A stretch of 64,000 bases of DNA from Octopus vulgaris (Eukaryota). Each line of letters starts with the position of its first letter. Positions within the stretch are counted from its first letter, which is position 1. Location of the stretch: contig OX597823.1 of assembly GCA_951406725.2 (NCBI GenBank), forward strand, positions 77,314,001 through 77,378,000, written 5' to 3'. The position numbers and the translations under genes were made by a program. Positions 51,933-64,000 of this stretch are shown here, piece after piece. The notes under the pieces were generated by a model. It searched no databases. It was not told the DNA's origin and worked only from the letters and a program-made list of their open reading frames with translations.

Positions 51933-53289
51933 CCTGCAAACACCTTTGCCAGCTCTTCCTCAGAAGTCGACAAATCCGACTCGCTGAGGTCAGAATAAAA
52001 AATCTTTCTTGCCATTTATTCTAGCTAATTCTCCATGGAGAAAAAGCACCTCTGCTGAAAACAACACCTAATTTATATTAAAAGGTTGTTAGAAAGTATT
52101 TATTTCTTTATATACTTGCCGTGTATTAATGGTGCACAATAAAACCACCCAATAATTACCATAATACAGTCAGGGGAACCGGAAATAAATGTATTATGGG
52201 AATAGTTAATTTTTTTCCATCGTTTTTTTTATTCTACCTACCTGTCTCACGATTGATCATCTATCTTTCCCAATATTCAAGTAAGTTTTTCTTTATGTCA
52301 TGATTCAGATATTTTAGGATTCATAAAAATTTCATTTTTTATATGTTTATGTAATTATATAGATTCAATATTGTGCAATAATTATATATCTACTATTATT
52401 CTTAAGAATTTAAACTCTGTTTTTGAATTTAAATTTATAAATTTTCTAACTAATCTCGTGTGATGTATGACTAAAAATTTAATTAAATTTACCATAACTG
52501 AAATTATCCAAATAATGTTATATTTTAATGTGGCTATATATTGTATTCTAGTAATGTTAAATAATGGTATATAATAGTAGCTTTGACCCAAAGGATATAA
52601 GTAAGTTTTAATTTATTAAAATTATTTTTTGTTTATTTACTTGAGAATCCGTTTTTATTCCTTAAATTTTTGTCTTAAATTTATAAGGTTCATGAATTTA
52701 TCTATTTACTTACTTATACTTATATATTTGTAATTAATTTTGACAAACATAGTGATATATAAGGAGTAGTTATATTTATAAATGTGGGGAAAGTAGACCT
52801 GACGATTGGGAGTTTGTAAACATAATGAGTTTTTGAATGAGACTTTATATCTTAACAATACCATATGTAGACTCATGAAACACGTGTAATCCGGAATATG
52901 GAAAATTTGGGGAATATGAATAGAAATAGTAAGTATAATATTTAATATTTTATGGCTTGTTTGAGTTAATACCATTGGGAGTTGATGAAGTTGTGGGTGT
53001 TTCTATCTCTAACACTATTTTGATATATATGAATTAATTATTGAGAGTAATTCAATTTAATAGTTTTAATTTGAATCCCTTATTCCCATGGCACTAGAAT
53101 TGATCTTCCCTAATAATAATAATAATAATAATTATTATTATTATATATATGTATATCTCTACCATCTATCTCTCTTTCTATCTATAGATGGATAGATAGA
53201 TAGATACATATATATATACATAGACGGATAGACAGACAGACAGACACACACACACACACACGTGCAGTTCTTTGATTGATGAATGATTT

Positions 53290-53965
53290 TTAAAAATGAA
53301 TTTGACTACAAATGTTTTATATCTATGAGGGAATTCACAATCTACATACATTTGATTGCAATTTTAGAGCATAATGTAGACCTTATATACGTTATTTCTT
53401 GATTCTACATTTATATTTCAAGAATGAAGTGGTTAAATAAATATTAGACCCGTGATTGTAAGTATGGAGTTCTTTTACATATCAGCCTCTTTATCTCTAT
53501 CAGCCATCCTGCTATTCAAAGTTCAGTTGAGCTTAAGAACAGCTTTGATTTCCTCATTATACAATTAGAAAGGCAAAGATATGGGGACCAAGTGAGAATC
53601 CACAACAATGTCGCTGTGCTAAATCTAGATATAGAGATTGCTTTGTGGATAATGAAAGAGACCTTTATTGTGAAGGTCATAAAAACTTTCCAAGAATGCT
53701 TCTTGGTATAGTGGATGATCTTAGACTCAGATACATCTGGGGGTTATGTTGATAACTCCCATCACTGGATCATTTGTAAGGAGACTTTCAACATCCATAG
53801 CATAAATGTTCCCAACTTTATTTGTATCATATAAATTCTCAAAGAATATGTCGGATGACTACGATGTTCTGGTGTATATTTTAATTATGCCGTCCAGTCG
53901 CTTTGCAATTCTGCATGTAAATGTATTGGTTTGAGAGATTATGGGTCAGAGGAGGTTATATATTG
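53290..53965 (-). mobile_element. Degraded Penelope-like RT
   Basis: PPL*PIISQTNTFTCRIAKRLDGII and IYAMDVESLLTNDPV resemble PLE PLRPIIS and SFDVESLFTNVP motifs. Confidence 0.65.
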
Positions 53966-54103
53966 AAAGTAAATTTACATTTCTGTACATGTACATTTGG
54001 TATATATTTACAACAAAGAGTCATTGTAATATAATACAATATAGTACATGAAACAAAAATCAATAGAAAAACTATAGCTGAAAATATTACTGTTTTATAT
54101 ATG

Positions 54104-54205
54104 GCTATGGCTGTACATAAGCTAAATTTGGAATGATACAGAGGAGATTAGCCTGGCCCCTGCACAAGGATGATATGAAAATTCATGAAGCATTTCATAT
54201 TTTTT
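54104..54205 (+). pseudogene. U6 snRNA retrocopy
   Basis: gtacataagctaaatttggaatgatacagaggagattagcctggcccctgcacaaggatgatatgaaaattcatgaagcatttcatatttttt is colinear with U6; the ACAGAGA box is mutated and several CpGs have decayed. Confidence 0.9.
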
Positions 54206-54247
54206 CACGAAGCAGTGCTCCAGCATGACTACTGTCAAATGACTGAG

Positions 54248-55500
<1,253 letters not shown>

Positions 55501-55645
55501 TTTCATGATTCTTTGTGACCCAATGCAAAGCTCTTGGAAACATAATATTCTACAATAATTTTATTCTGAGGATAAAGTTAAGATAGATTTGAAACATTAA
55601 TAGGTTAATGGATTTAGGAACATAAATGTTTTCTCTTTGTCTCGC

Positions 55646-55853
55646 TTTTCTCTTTTACTTGTTTCAGTCATTTGACTGTGGCCATGCTGGAGCACCGCCT
55701 TTAGTCGAGCAAGTCGACCGCAGGACTTATTCTTTGTAAGCCTAGTACTTATTCTATTGGTCTCTTTTGCCGAACCACTAAGTTACGCGGATGGAAACAT
55801 ACCACCATAGATGTCAAGCGATGTTGGGGGGACAAACAGAGACACACAAACAT

Positions 55854-55930
<77 letters not shown>

Positions 55931-56399
55931 TACGATGGGCTTCTTTCAGTTTCCATCTACCAAATCCACTCACAAGGCTTTGGTCAGCCCAAGGCTATAG
56001 TAGAAGACACTTGCCCAAGGTGCCATGCAGTGGGAATGAACCCGGAACCATGTGGTTGGTAAGCAAGCTACTTACCACACAGCCACAGGCTTCTTTCAGT
56101 TTCCATCTACCAAATCCACTCACAAGGCTTTGGTCAGCCCAAGGCTTTAGTAGAAGACACTTGCCCCCAAGGTGCCATGCAGTGGGAATGAACCCGGAAC
56201 CATGTGGTTGGTAAGCAAGCTACTTACCACACAGCCACGGGCTTCTTTCAGTTTCCATCTACCAAATCCACTGATAAGGCTTTGGTCAGCCCAAGGCTTT
56301 AGTAGAAGACACTTGCCCCCAAGGTGCCATGCAGTGGGAATGAACCCGGAACCATGTGGTTGGTAAGCAAGCTACTTACCACGCAGTCACTCCTGCACC
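55646..56399 (-). mobile_element. SINE family A with a triplicated head
   Basis: Head units of ~150 bp begin at 55938, 56088 and 56240. Confidence 0.9.
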
Positions 56400-56740
56400 T
56401 GTTCTAGATTAAACATAAAGGATTAAAAAGAGATAAGAAAAGTCCCAGTAAACTAGATCAGACACTGGTACAGTCATGCACTTGATACATGCTTGAAAAA
56501 GATTACATCCTCTTCATTATACACAAATAGGAATTTACACAATTCAACAGCATAAAATGCAAGCAGCACACCAAAATTCAGCACAGAATAGAATAAAACT
56601 TATCAACTGGACATTGTAAAAAGCTGAAAGTTTTAAATATTTTCTCTGAAATATCTTCCTTGCCAATGATATATAAACCTTGCCCTCACATTACATAAGA
56701 AACAAAATTATGTAATAAAGCTGTGGTCTTTAGAAAGGTA

Positions 56741-57477
56741 AAACCATAAGTGCTGTTAGAGGAAATTTGCTTAGTGGGGTACCTACGCAGGTCCAACCCA
56801 AAATGTTCAAAGCATTTTCTTGCCTCCCTCCACCTTGCATCCCCCATTCTTGAGACTGTAGGTAAAATATTGTTACTTACATATGGAAATAAATTTATCC
56901 ATTTCCTATAACACTTACGCAACTTCACCAAATCCTACACCAGAATCTTGTCAGAAACTTCCACCTTGCAATGACAATGCAACCAAAACATAAAACTGGA
57001 CTTAATTTACTTTATTCATCAAAATTTTTGGTTAAACTGTTATAAAAAATTGATGAAATATTGAGATACTTATTTCAGTGTCAAATTAACAAATATTACC
57101 ATGGAATAAACCATAAGTGCTGAGAGAAAATTTGCTTAGTGGGGTGCCTACCCAGGTCCAACCCAGAATGTTCGAAGCATTTTCTTGCCTCATCCTCCCA
57201 ACCTTGCATCCCCAGTTCTTGAGGCTGTAGGTAAAAATCTTGTTACCCACATATGGAAATAAATTTATCCATTTCCTATAACACTTACGCAACTTCACCA
57301 AATCCTACACCAGAATCTTGTCAGAAACTTCTACCTTGCAATGACAATGCAACCAAAACATAAAACTGGACTTGATTTACTTTATTCATCAAAATTTGTG
57401 GTCAAACTGTTATAAAAATTGATGAAATATTGAGATACTTATTCCAGTGTCAAATTAACGAATATTACCATGCAATA
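56741..57477. repeat. Direct tandem duplication, ~367-bp unit
   Basis: 56741-57107 versus 57108-57477, high but imperfect identity. Confidence 0.9.
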
Positions 57478-57479
57478 CC

Positions 57480-57666
57480 TCCAATCTGATCTGGCAGAGT
57501 TTCTACAGCTGGATGCCCTTCCTACACTCTCGGAGTAGTTGGCGTTAGGAAGGGCATCCAGTTGTAGAAACTCTGTCAGATCAGATTGGAGGCTGGCACA
57601 ACCATCTGGTTCACCAGTCCTCAGTCAAATCGTCCAACCCATGCTAGCATGGAAAGCAGACGTTAA

Positions 57667-57697
<31 letters not shown>
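57480..57697 (+). mobile_element. Family C tail with a short inverted 5' piece
   Basis: ctccaatctgatctggcagagtttctacagctggatgcccttccta is the inverse of the following taggaagggcatcc...gatcagattggag. Confidence 0.75.
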
Positions 57698-57698
<1 letters not shown>

Positions 57699-58057
57699 TA
57701 CAGAAAAGTATTGTGTATAACAATAACTTCAAGGCAGCTTCCTAGGAGCTGAGCAACAACAGTAAATCATTGAATTTATTCAATGTGCTTTTAGTTGACA
57801 ATGATATTGCATAATTCTGTAGCCAAATGTGATTCTGATACCATTTCCATTGACCTTTGACTGTTTTGGATCATATTATACCATTGAACATAGTTTCTTT
57901 TTTGTAGTAATCCTACAAATCCATTTGGAATTGCCTTGATAATCCCTGACAAACAGTACTTGTGTAACATAATTCTTTTAAAGTTGTTTGTAAGTTTGTG
58001 CTTCATTTGGTCATGGTTTTTGGGCAATAATATTGATAAAATAATATTGATAATAAA

Positions 58058-58564
58058 GGCGGCAAGCTGGCAGAATTGTTAGCATGCCGGGCAAAATGCT
58101 TAGGGGTATTTCATCTGCCGTTACGTTCTGAGTTCAAATTCCGCTGAGGTCGGCTTTGCCTTTCATCCTTTCGGGGCCAGTTAAATAAGTACTAGTTACA
58201 CACTGAGGTTGATGTAATCAACTTAATCCGTTTGTCTGTCCTTGTTTGTCCTCTCTGTGTTTAGCCCCTTGTGGGTAGTAAAGAAATAGGTATTTTGTCT
58301 GCCATTACATTCTGAGTTCAAATTCTGCCAAGGTTGACTTTGCCTTTCATCCTTTCAGGGTCGATTAAAAAAGTACCAGTTATGCACTGGGGTCGATGTA
58401 ATCGACTTAATCCGTTTGTCTGTCCTTGTTTGTCCTCTCTGTGTTTAGCCCCTTGTGGGTAGTAAAGAAATAGGTATTTCGTCTGCCATTACATTCTGAG
58501 TTCAAATTTCACGAAGGTTGACTTTGCCTTTCATCCTTTCAGGGTCGATTAAAAAAGTACCAGT
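58058..58564 (+). mobile_element. Tandem family B array (one full and two 5'-truncated units)
   Basis: Period about 183 bp; junctions gtaaagaaata|ggtattt. Confidence 0.85.
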
Positions 58565-58639
58565 TTTCAGTTTCAGTTCAGTTTTAGAACAACAAACAAT
58601 ATAAAAATAAGAAGTTCAATTGTCTTCCGCTAATGAAAG

Positions 58640-59005
58640 GTTTTCAAGACAAGCTTTTCAAATCCCTTGTCTAAAAATTTGAACGATGTCCTCAAACTGA
58701 CCATTTGAAACAGAATGAGAACCAAATGACTTCAGACACCAAAGGTCCAAACATAGGACTATGGTGAGTTCCATTACTTAACACAACTGTTCCAGGCGTT
58801 CCCTCAATGGTTAAAACTTTTGGGAATATTGTCAATGTTCCATTGATGTTGTTGGTGCTGCTGATGCAACATATGGAAATTTCAAAACGAATCAATACTA
58901 GTACGTCACATTTTATCACAAAAAATGGTCTGGTGGAGTTGATATGTATTCGTTGCCATGGTGCATAAGTTTTTTGGCTATTCACTATTTTTTTTTTCCT
59001 CCGAC
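58640..59005 (-). mobile_element. Ty3/Gypsy integrase relic
   Basis: APWQRIHINSTRPF...EGTPGTVVLSNGTH...HSVSNGQFEDIVQIF resembles PWQRIHIDFAGP, GxPETIVSDNG and HPxSNGQAERxVQ. Confidence 0.7.
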
Positions 59006-59466
59006 GCATTAACAATTGACTGGTGCCGGACACGATTTTATCGTTGCCTTTATACCACCACCATCATCATTATCCTTATCACCACCACCACCAACACCAC
59101 AACCATCATCATCACCACCACTACTGTCATCATCATCATCATCATCAGCATCATCATCATCGTCGTCATCATCATCATCATCATCATCATCAGAATCATT
59201 TATTAATGTCCACATTTGCAGGTCAGACGGAATTTATTGGGGCAGATTTTTAACAGCCAGATGCCTTTTCTCTCCTACCTGTTGCTGATAGACACATTTT
59301 TGTGTATGTTTGTGTATGTGTATGTGTGTGTGTATGTACGTATGTATGTACGTATGTATGTATGTATGTATGTATGTATGTATTTATGTATATATGTATG
59401 TGTGTGTGTCGATATACGTGTATGAGTATATATATATACACACACATATATGTATGATTTTATGTG

Positions 59467-59502
<36 letters not shown>

Positions 59503-59766
59503 AATATGCTCATATTGAATATCTGCATATACATTCTACTCATGTATTCCTATTATTCAACTAGTATGTGTAAGTATTTCATGTTTATACGCACACTTCC
59601 TTGCTTCATCATCATCTCCTTCTGATCCACTCTTTGATCCCACCACATCCCATCACCTCAATGCCACTTAGTTTTATTATTTCCGCCACAACATAGCTTT
59701 AATATCTCTCCTTTTGTTTTGTATGTATATATATATATATATATATGCATGTATTATCTCATATAC

Positions 59767-59800
<34 letters not shown>

Positions 59801-59815
59801 ATGTATTATCTCATA

Positions 59816-59855
<40 letters not shown>

Positions 59856-59858
<3 letters not shown>

Positions 59859-60062
59859 CAGAGATGTACTTGTATAGCAAGTGACCTGATCTGAGATCGT
59901 GTGCTAGAACGAAAACAATTGCAGTGTGAAAGGTGTTTATAAGCCATTTCAGAAACACACAAAATACGTTAGATTCACTTCAACATTTAAATTTAATTTG
60001 TCAAAATATTTTTGTCGCTTTGAGACCACAACCTGTTCACTGACAAAATTCTGAGCTGAATC
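59856..60062 (-). mobile_element. Single-arm G3-C8 hammerhead family element in (TA)n
   Basis: Motif at 59997-60047 reads UUUGUCA GUGAACA G GUUGU-GGUCUCAAA-GCGAC AAAA AUAU UU UGACAAA; G12 is mutated to A. Confidence 0.7.
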
Positions 60063-60065
60063 TCT

Positions 60066-60117
<52 letters not shown>

Positions 60118-60146
60118 TACACACACACATATATATATATATATAT

Positions 60147-60177
<31 letters not shown>

Positions 60178-60573
60178 CACATATATATATATATTATTGT
60201 AGTTTAGTTTTAAATGTATATGCGAACATATACAAACATCTACATACATTATAATACTAGTTTGCATTGTGTAGATTTCTTTTATGAATCCATACAGGAG
60301 TGTCTTAGTTAAATGGAGCTTGTATATGGACGCATACATGCATGCATGTTTGTGTGTGCATGTATATAAGTGTATGCGTGTATGTATGTGCGTGTGTATG
60401 AGTGTGCATTTACATTGTTTATGTACATGTTACTCTGTCTGTTAGCATATCTGCATGAGCATGCATGACCATGGTTACATGGATGTATGCTTGTGTGTAT
60501 GTATATATATATATAAAAGTATACACAAACATACACATATATAAACATACATCTCTCTCTTTCCCTCTCTCTC

Positions 60574-60657
<84 letters not shown>

Positions 60658-60739
60658 ATATTATTAGAGACAAAACCACTATTTTGCAAAACAAACAAGG
60701 AAAGACTTAATCAATACATAAAATTTTAATAAAAAGTCA

Positions 60740-60771
<32 letters not shown>

Positions 60772-60889
60772 TTAATAAGGGTGAGAGAATTAGATACTAA
60801 TTTAATAGTATATTTATTCAACACCAAGTGGCCTAGTGCTCCGAGAAACCTGGATTATTATAATATTTTATAACATATAATATTTTTAC

Positions 60890-61168
60890 AAAATAAATAT
60901 AAGAGAGTGGTCACTATATTGCTCACTCTAGCACCAGTTAATCCAAAAGGTTTCAACCACGAAAATACATGTTTCCCATGAAAGTCAGTACGATTGTTAG
61001 CTCACACGGACAGGGCAAATAAAAAATAACATTTTTTATTTGCCCTGTCCGTGTGAGCTAACAATCGTACTGACTTTCATGGGAAACATGTATTTTCGTG
61101 GTTGAAACCTTTTGGATTAACTGGTGCTAGAGTGAGCAATATAGTGACCACTCTCTTATATTTATTTT
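60890..61168. repeat. Perfect palindrome, 138-bp arms, 3-nt spacer
   Basis: 60890-61027 is the exact reverse complement of 61031-61168. Confidence 0.95.
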
Positions 61169-61172
61169 ATAT

Positions 61173-61204
<32 letters not shown>

Positions 61205-61806
61205 TGTATGTATACATATATACATACATGTGTGTGTTCAGTATTGTAAAGAACATCTTTTATGTGATATTTTAATAGTCATCCATTACCTTTTTTATTC
61301 CATCATCCAATATCATCTGAATATTCTGTGTAATATGACAATTAAAAATGACCTCTTATGAAACACAACCAAATGTTACTGGCAGCTGTAAAGCACTTGC
61401 AATACATCTCAGTCAAAAGAGAACCGTACATGGAACAACAAATCTTGACAATAAGTGTTAAACAGATAGAATGTATGGAAAAGTATTCACAAAAACTGAA
61501 TTGTAAAAGTACAAAAAGTATAATATGCAAGATATAAAAAAATGGAATGTATAGTGTTGAAAAAATAACATACATAGACATGTTTTCAATTTGTTTACCT
61601 AAAATTTGGAAAATATTTATAAATTCACACACACATACATACATATATATGTATATATATATTTGTGTGTGTGTGTATATATATGTATATATATGTGTAT
61701 ATATATATGTATATATATATGTGTATATATATGTATATATAAATATGTTTATATATATATATATGTGTATATATGTGTATATATACATGTGTGTGTATAT
61801 ATATAT

Positions 61807-61843
61807 GTCCAACCCATGCTAGCATGGAAAGCGGACGTTAAAC

Positions 61844-61941
<98 letters not shown>

Positions 61942-62155
61942 CATATCTGTGTGTGTGTGTGTACATACATACATATATGGACATGCCTCATCACCATTTA
62001 ACGTTTGTCTTCCATTCTAGCATGGGTTGGTTGATCTGACAGTTGCTTGCAAGCCAGATGATTGCACCAAGTTCCACTATCTGTTTTTGCATGGCTTTCA
62101 TGGCTGGATGCCCTTCTTAATACCAGCCTCTTTACAGAATGGATTGAGTGCTTTT
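61807..62155. mobile_element. Two convergent family C tails
   Basis: Plus-strand tail at 61807-61882 and minus-strand copy at 61990-62155. Confidence 0.7.
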
Positions 62156-62299
62156 CACACATATACACACATTTATCTATATATACATGCAAACTCACAC
62201 ACATACACACACACATATATTTTCACAATAATGATGATAATATACATACATACACACACATACACAAATATATATACATATATATTCATATATTTATAT

Positions 62300-62585
62300 C
62301 CTTTTAAGAAGAACTTGTACAACCATAGGTCCTCTTTTAAGATTCTGGAAGGACATTATGTCATACCTCTGACCAGCGACATGTGGTGTGTTCAGGATGA
62401 AGGAATGCCACAGAAAATTGAGGGGGGTTCATAGAGGGACTGGGGTTCTATATAAGCATGAGTGGATGTTGCAAGCTTGGCATAGCAGAGCAAGCAATGA
62501 TCCTTGAAGACTCACTTGACCGAGAGACTCTCTTAAACTCCAGAAACGAGATATATATCTCCTGTCCACATTTTAGATGCTCTTT
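62300..62585 (+). mobile_element. Penelope-like GIY-YIG endonuclease C-terminal fragment, Naiad-like
   Basis: FKKNLYNHRSSFK...LTSDMW then CKLGIAEQAMI...LLNSRNEIYISCPH; resembles FKxRYxNHxxSF...LSxxIW and CxLCxxEK...LLNxRxE...CxH. Confidence 0.75.
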
Positions 62586-62784
62586 GTGTAAAAGCCCTTA
62601 TCAAAGTCTGGTTTCTCAACCCCCATGTATCATCCATTCACTATCATTGTCATACATTTTTAATCAGAAGGTAGCTATTAGTAGTTAGCAATGAATGATG
62701 TGAGTATATTGTAAGGGAGAGAATTGTAAATTGAGGTATTTATCTGACTACTTACTTGACCAAAAGGCTTAGATATATATCCAC

Positions 62785-62819
<35 letters not shown>

Positions 62820-63670
62820 GTATGTAGGTATATATTGTTTTATTTGAATCAGTTTCTTGTTACTCTGATTTTCACCTGTAGGTTGACAGGATCTATAATA
62901 AATTTATATTACAACTTGCCTGAAAAACCTGAGTACCTGTAGTTAAGATCCAGATAAAATAAGTTCGTAGCTCTGCAGCTAGAATAATCTGAGCCTATTG
63001 CTAAATGTTTGACATCATCTTCATATTGATCTAATAATTTTGATAAGACAACTCACAGTTTTCTAAGAAATGAATGCAAAAGTGAGTCATTGAAATCATT
63101 TATTACACATTCCAATGATAATAAAGTTTTGAAATATATCAGTCAGAAATGTGATTCTTAACACCTATATTAACTTCACATATGAAAATGTTATCATATT
63201 TTGACAAGAGTCGACATTTCTCAATGAAAGACCCTAAAGTTCCTTACATTCATCGTGCAACCAAGAGGAAGACATTTGCAAAATTAGATTTTATGGTCAT
63301 AAACACATGTTTATTAAAGGAAAATACACTGCATTTAGAAAGACTGAAAATTGTGTAATAAAGGAAAGGAAACTCTGTCAATCTTGTCATAGCTTTAAAA
63401 AGAAAATAGTGGAATGTGTTGAATGGACCAAAGAAAGGCCTGACATTGAAATGGATGTGTTTATACTACAATGCAAAAGAAAGATTAACGTCAGTTTGGA
63501 TTTACAAATAGATACCAATAGCTTAGTTTTTCTTGGATATTTCAGTGAACTAAAATTTCTTGAAATAATTTATTTACAACTTCACCAGCCTGGTAGATCA
63601 TGGATTAAAGCCTTGCTTATCTCTGAAAGTACTCTAAAAACAGACACCTAATTTCATATTACATTAGTAA

Positions 63671-63885
63671 TATGAGGGGTTGCTTAAAAGTTTCTGGCTT
63701 TAATCATATCACAAAAGGCCTGGTTGGAGACCCAGCCTTCTGAGTTCTTTTACAGGGTTTAGAAAACTAAAAGGACTGCTGCAATAAGTGTGTGAATCTG
63801 AGAAGTGAATATGCAGAATAAACCCATATTTAACAATTCCTCTGGTATTTTCTTTTACCCATAGCAAGGAATTTTCAGCACCCCC
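63671..63885. mobile_element. mariner-like non-autonomous element end
   Basis: Homologous to 5453-5655. Confidence 0.5.
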
Positions 63886-63967
63886 TTGTAAGTGTGAACT
63901 GAGAGGAAAGTCCACACCTACGATATAATATATCAGTTCCAACAAGATGTTGGAACTGATATATTAA

Positions 63968-64000
63968 CCCTTTTGTTACTGTATTTATTTTGAGATACTT
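63968..64000. mobile_element. Start of a TTAA MITE, cut by the window end
   Basis: ttaa|cccttttgttactgtatttattttgagat matches 10003. Confidence 0.75.

Noticed and set aside
52161-52199. 10-bp hairpin ccataataca/tgtattatgg next to faint PLE-like motifs at 52300-53000
   Set aside because: No ribozyme core is recognisable, and the protein similarity is too degraded to call by eye.
52795-52892. CTGACGA ... GAAA-CACGTG-TA hammerhead-like string
   Set aside because: No stem I, and no closing stem II pair next to the core.
54104-54205. Functional U6 gene
   Set aside because: The ACAGAGA box and 5' stem are mutated, CpGs have decayed and it is fused to a retroelement tail.
63307-63651. 114-aa ORF
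   Set aside because: No motif that I can identify, so it cannot be supported without a search.

Overview
AT-rich, repeat-saturated eukaryotic DNA with no confidently recognisable host gene. The SINE families and the density of (TA)n/(CA)n/(GAT)n repeats suggest intronic or intergenic cephalopod (Octopus-type) sequence; the organism is an inference. The window contains five recurring SINE-like families (labelled A-E here), decayed LINE fragments (RTE, CR1-like, a probable Tx1/L1 ORF1), Penelope-like element (PLE) RT and GIY-YIG remnants, mariner/maT, hAT and TTAA-type DNA transposon relics, a Gypsy integrase relic and a U6 retrocopy fused to a SINE tail. The main signal is a set of short elements, mostly beside (TA)n tracts and often in inverted arrangement, carrying four different minimal type I hammerhead ribozyme motifs. 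Their cores show C3-G8, G3-C8 and U3-A8 pairs, and one lies downstream of a tRNA-like Pol III promoter. All alignments and folds were done by eye, and most repeat boundaries are approximate.
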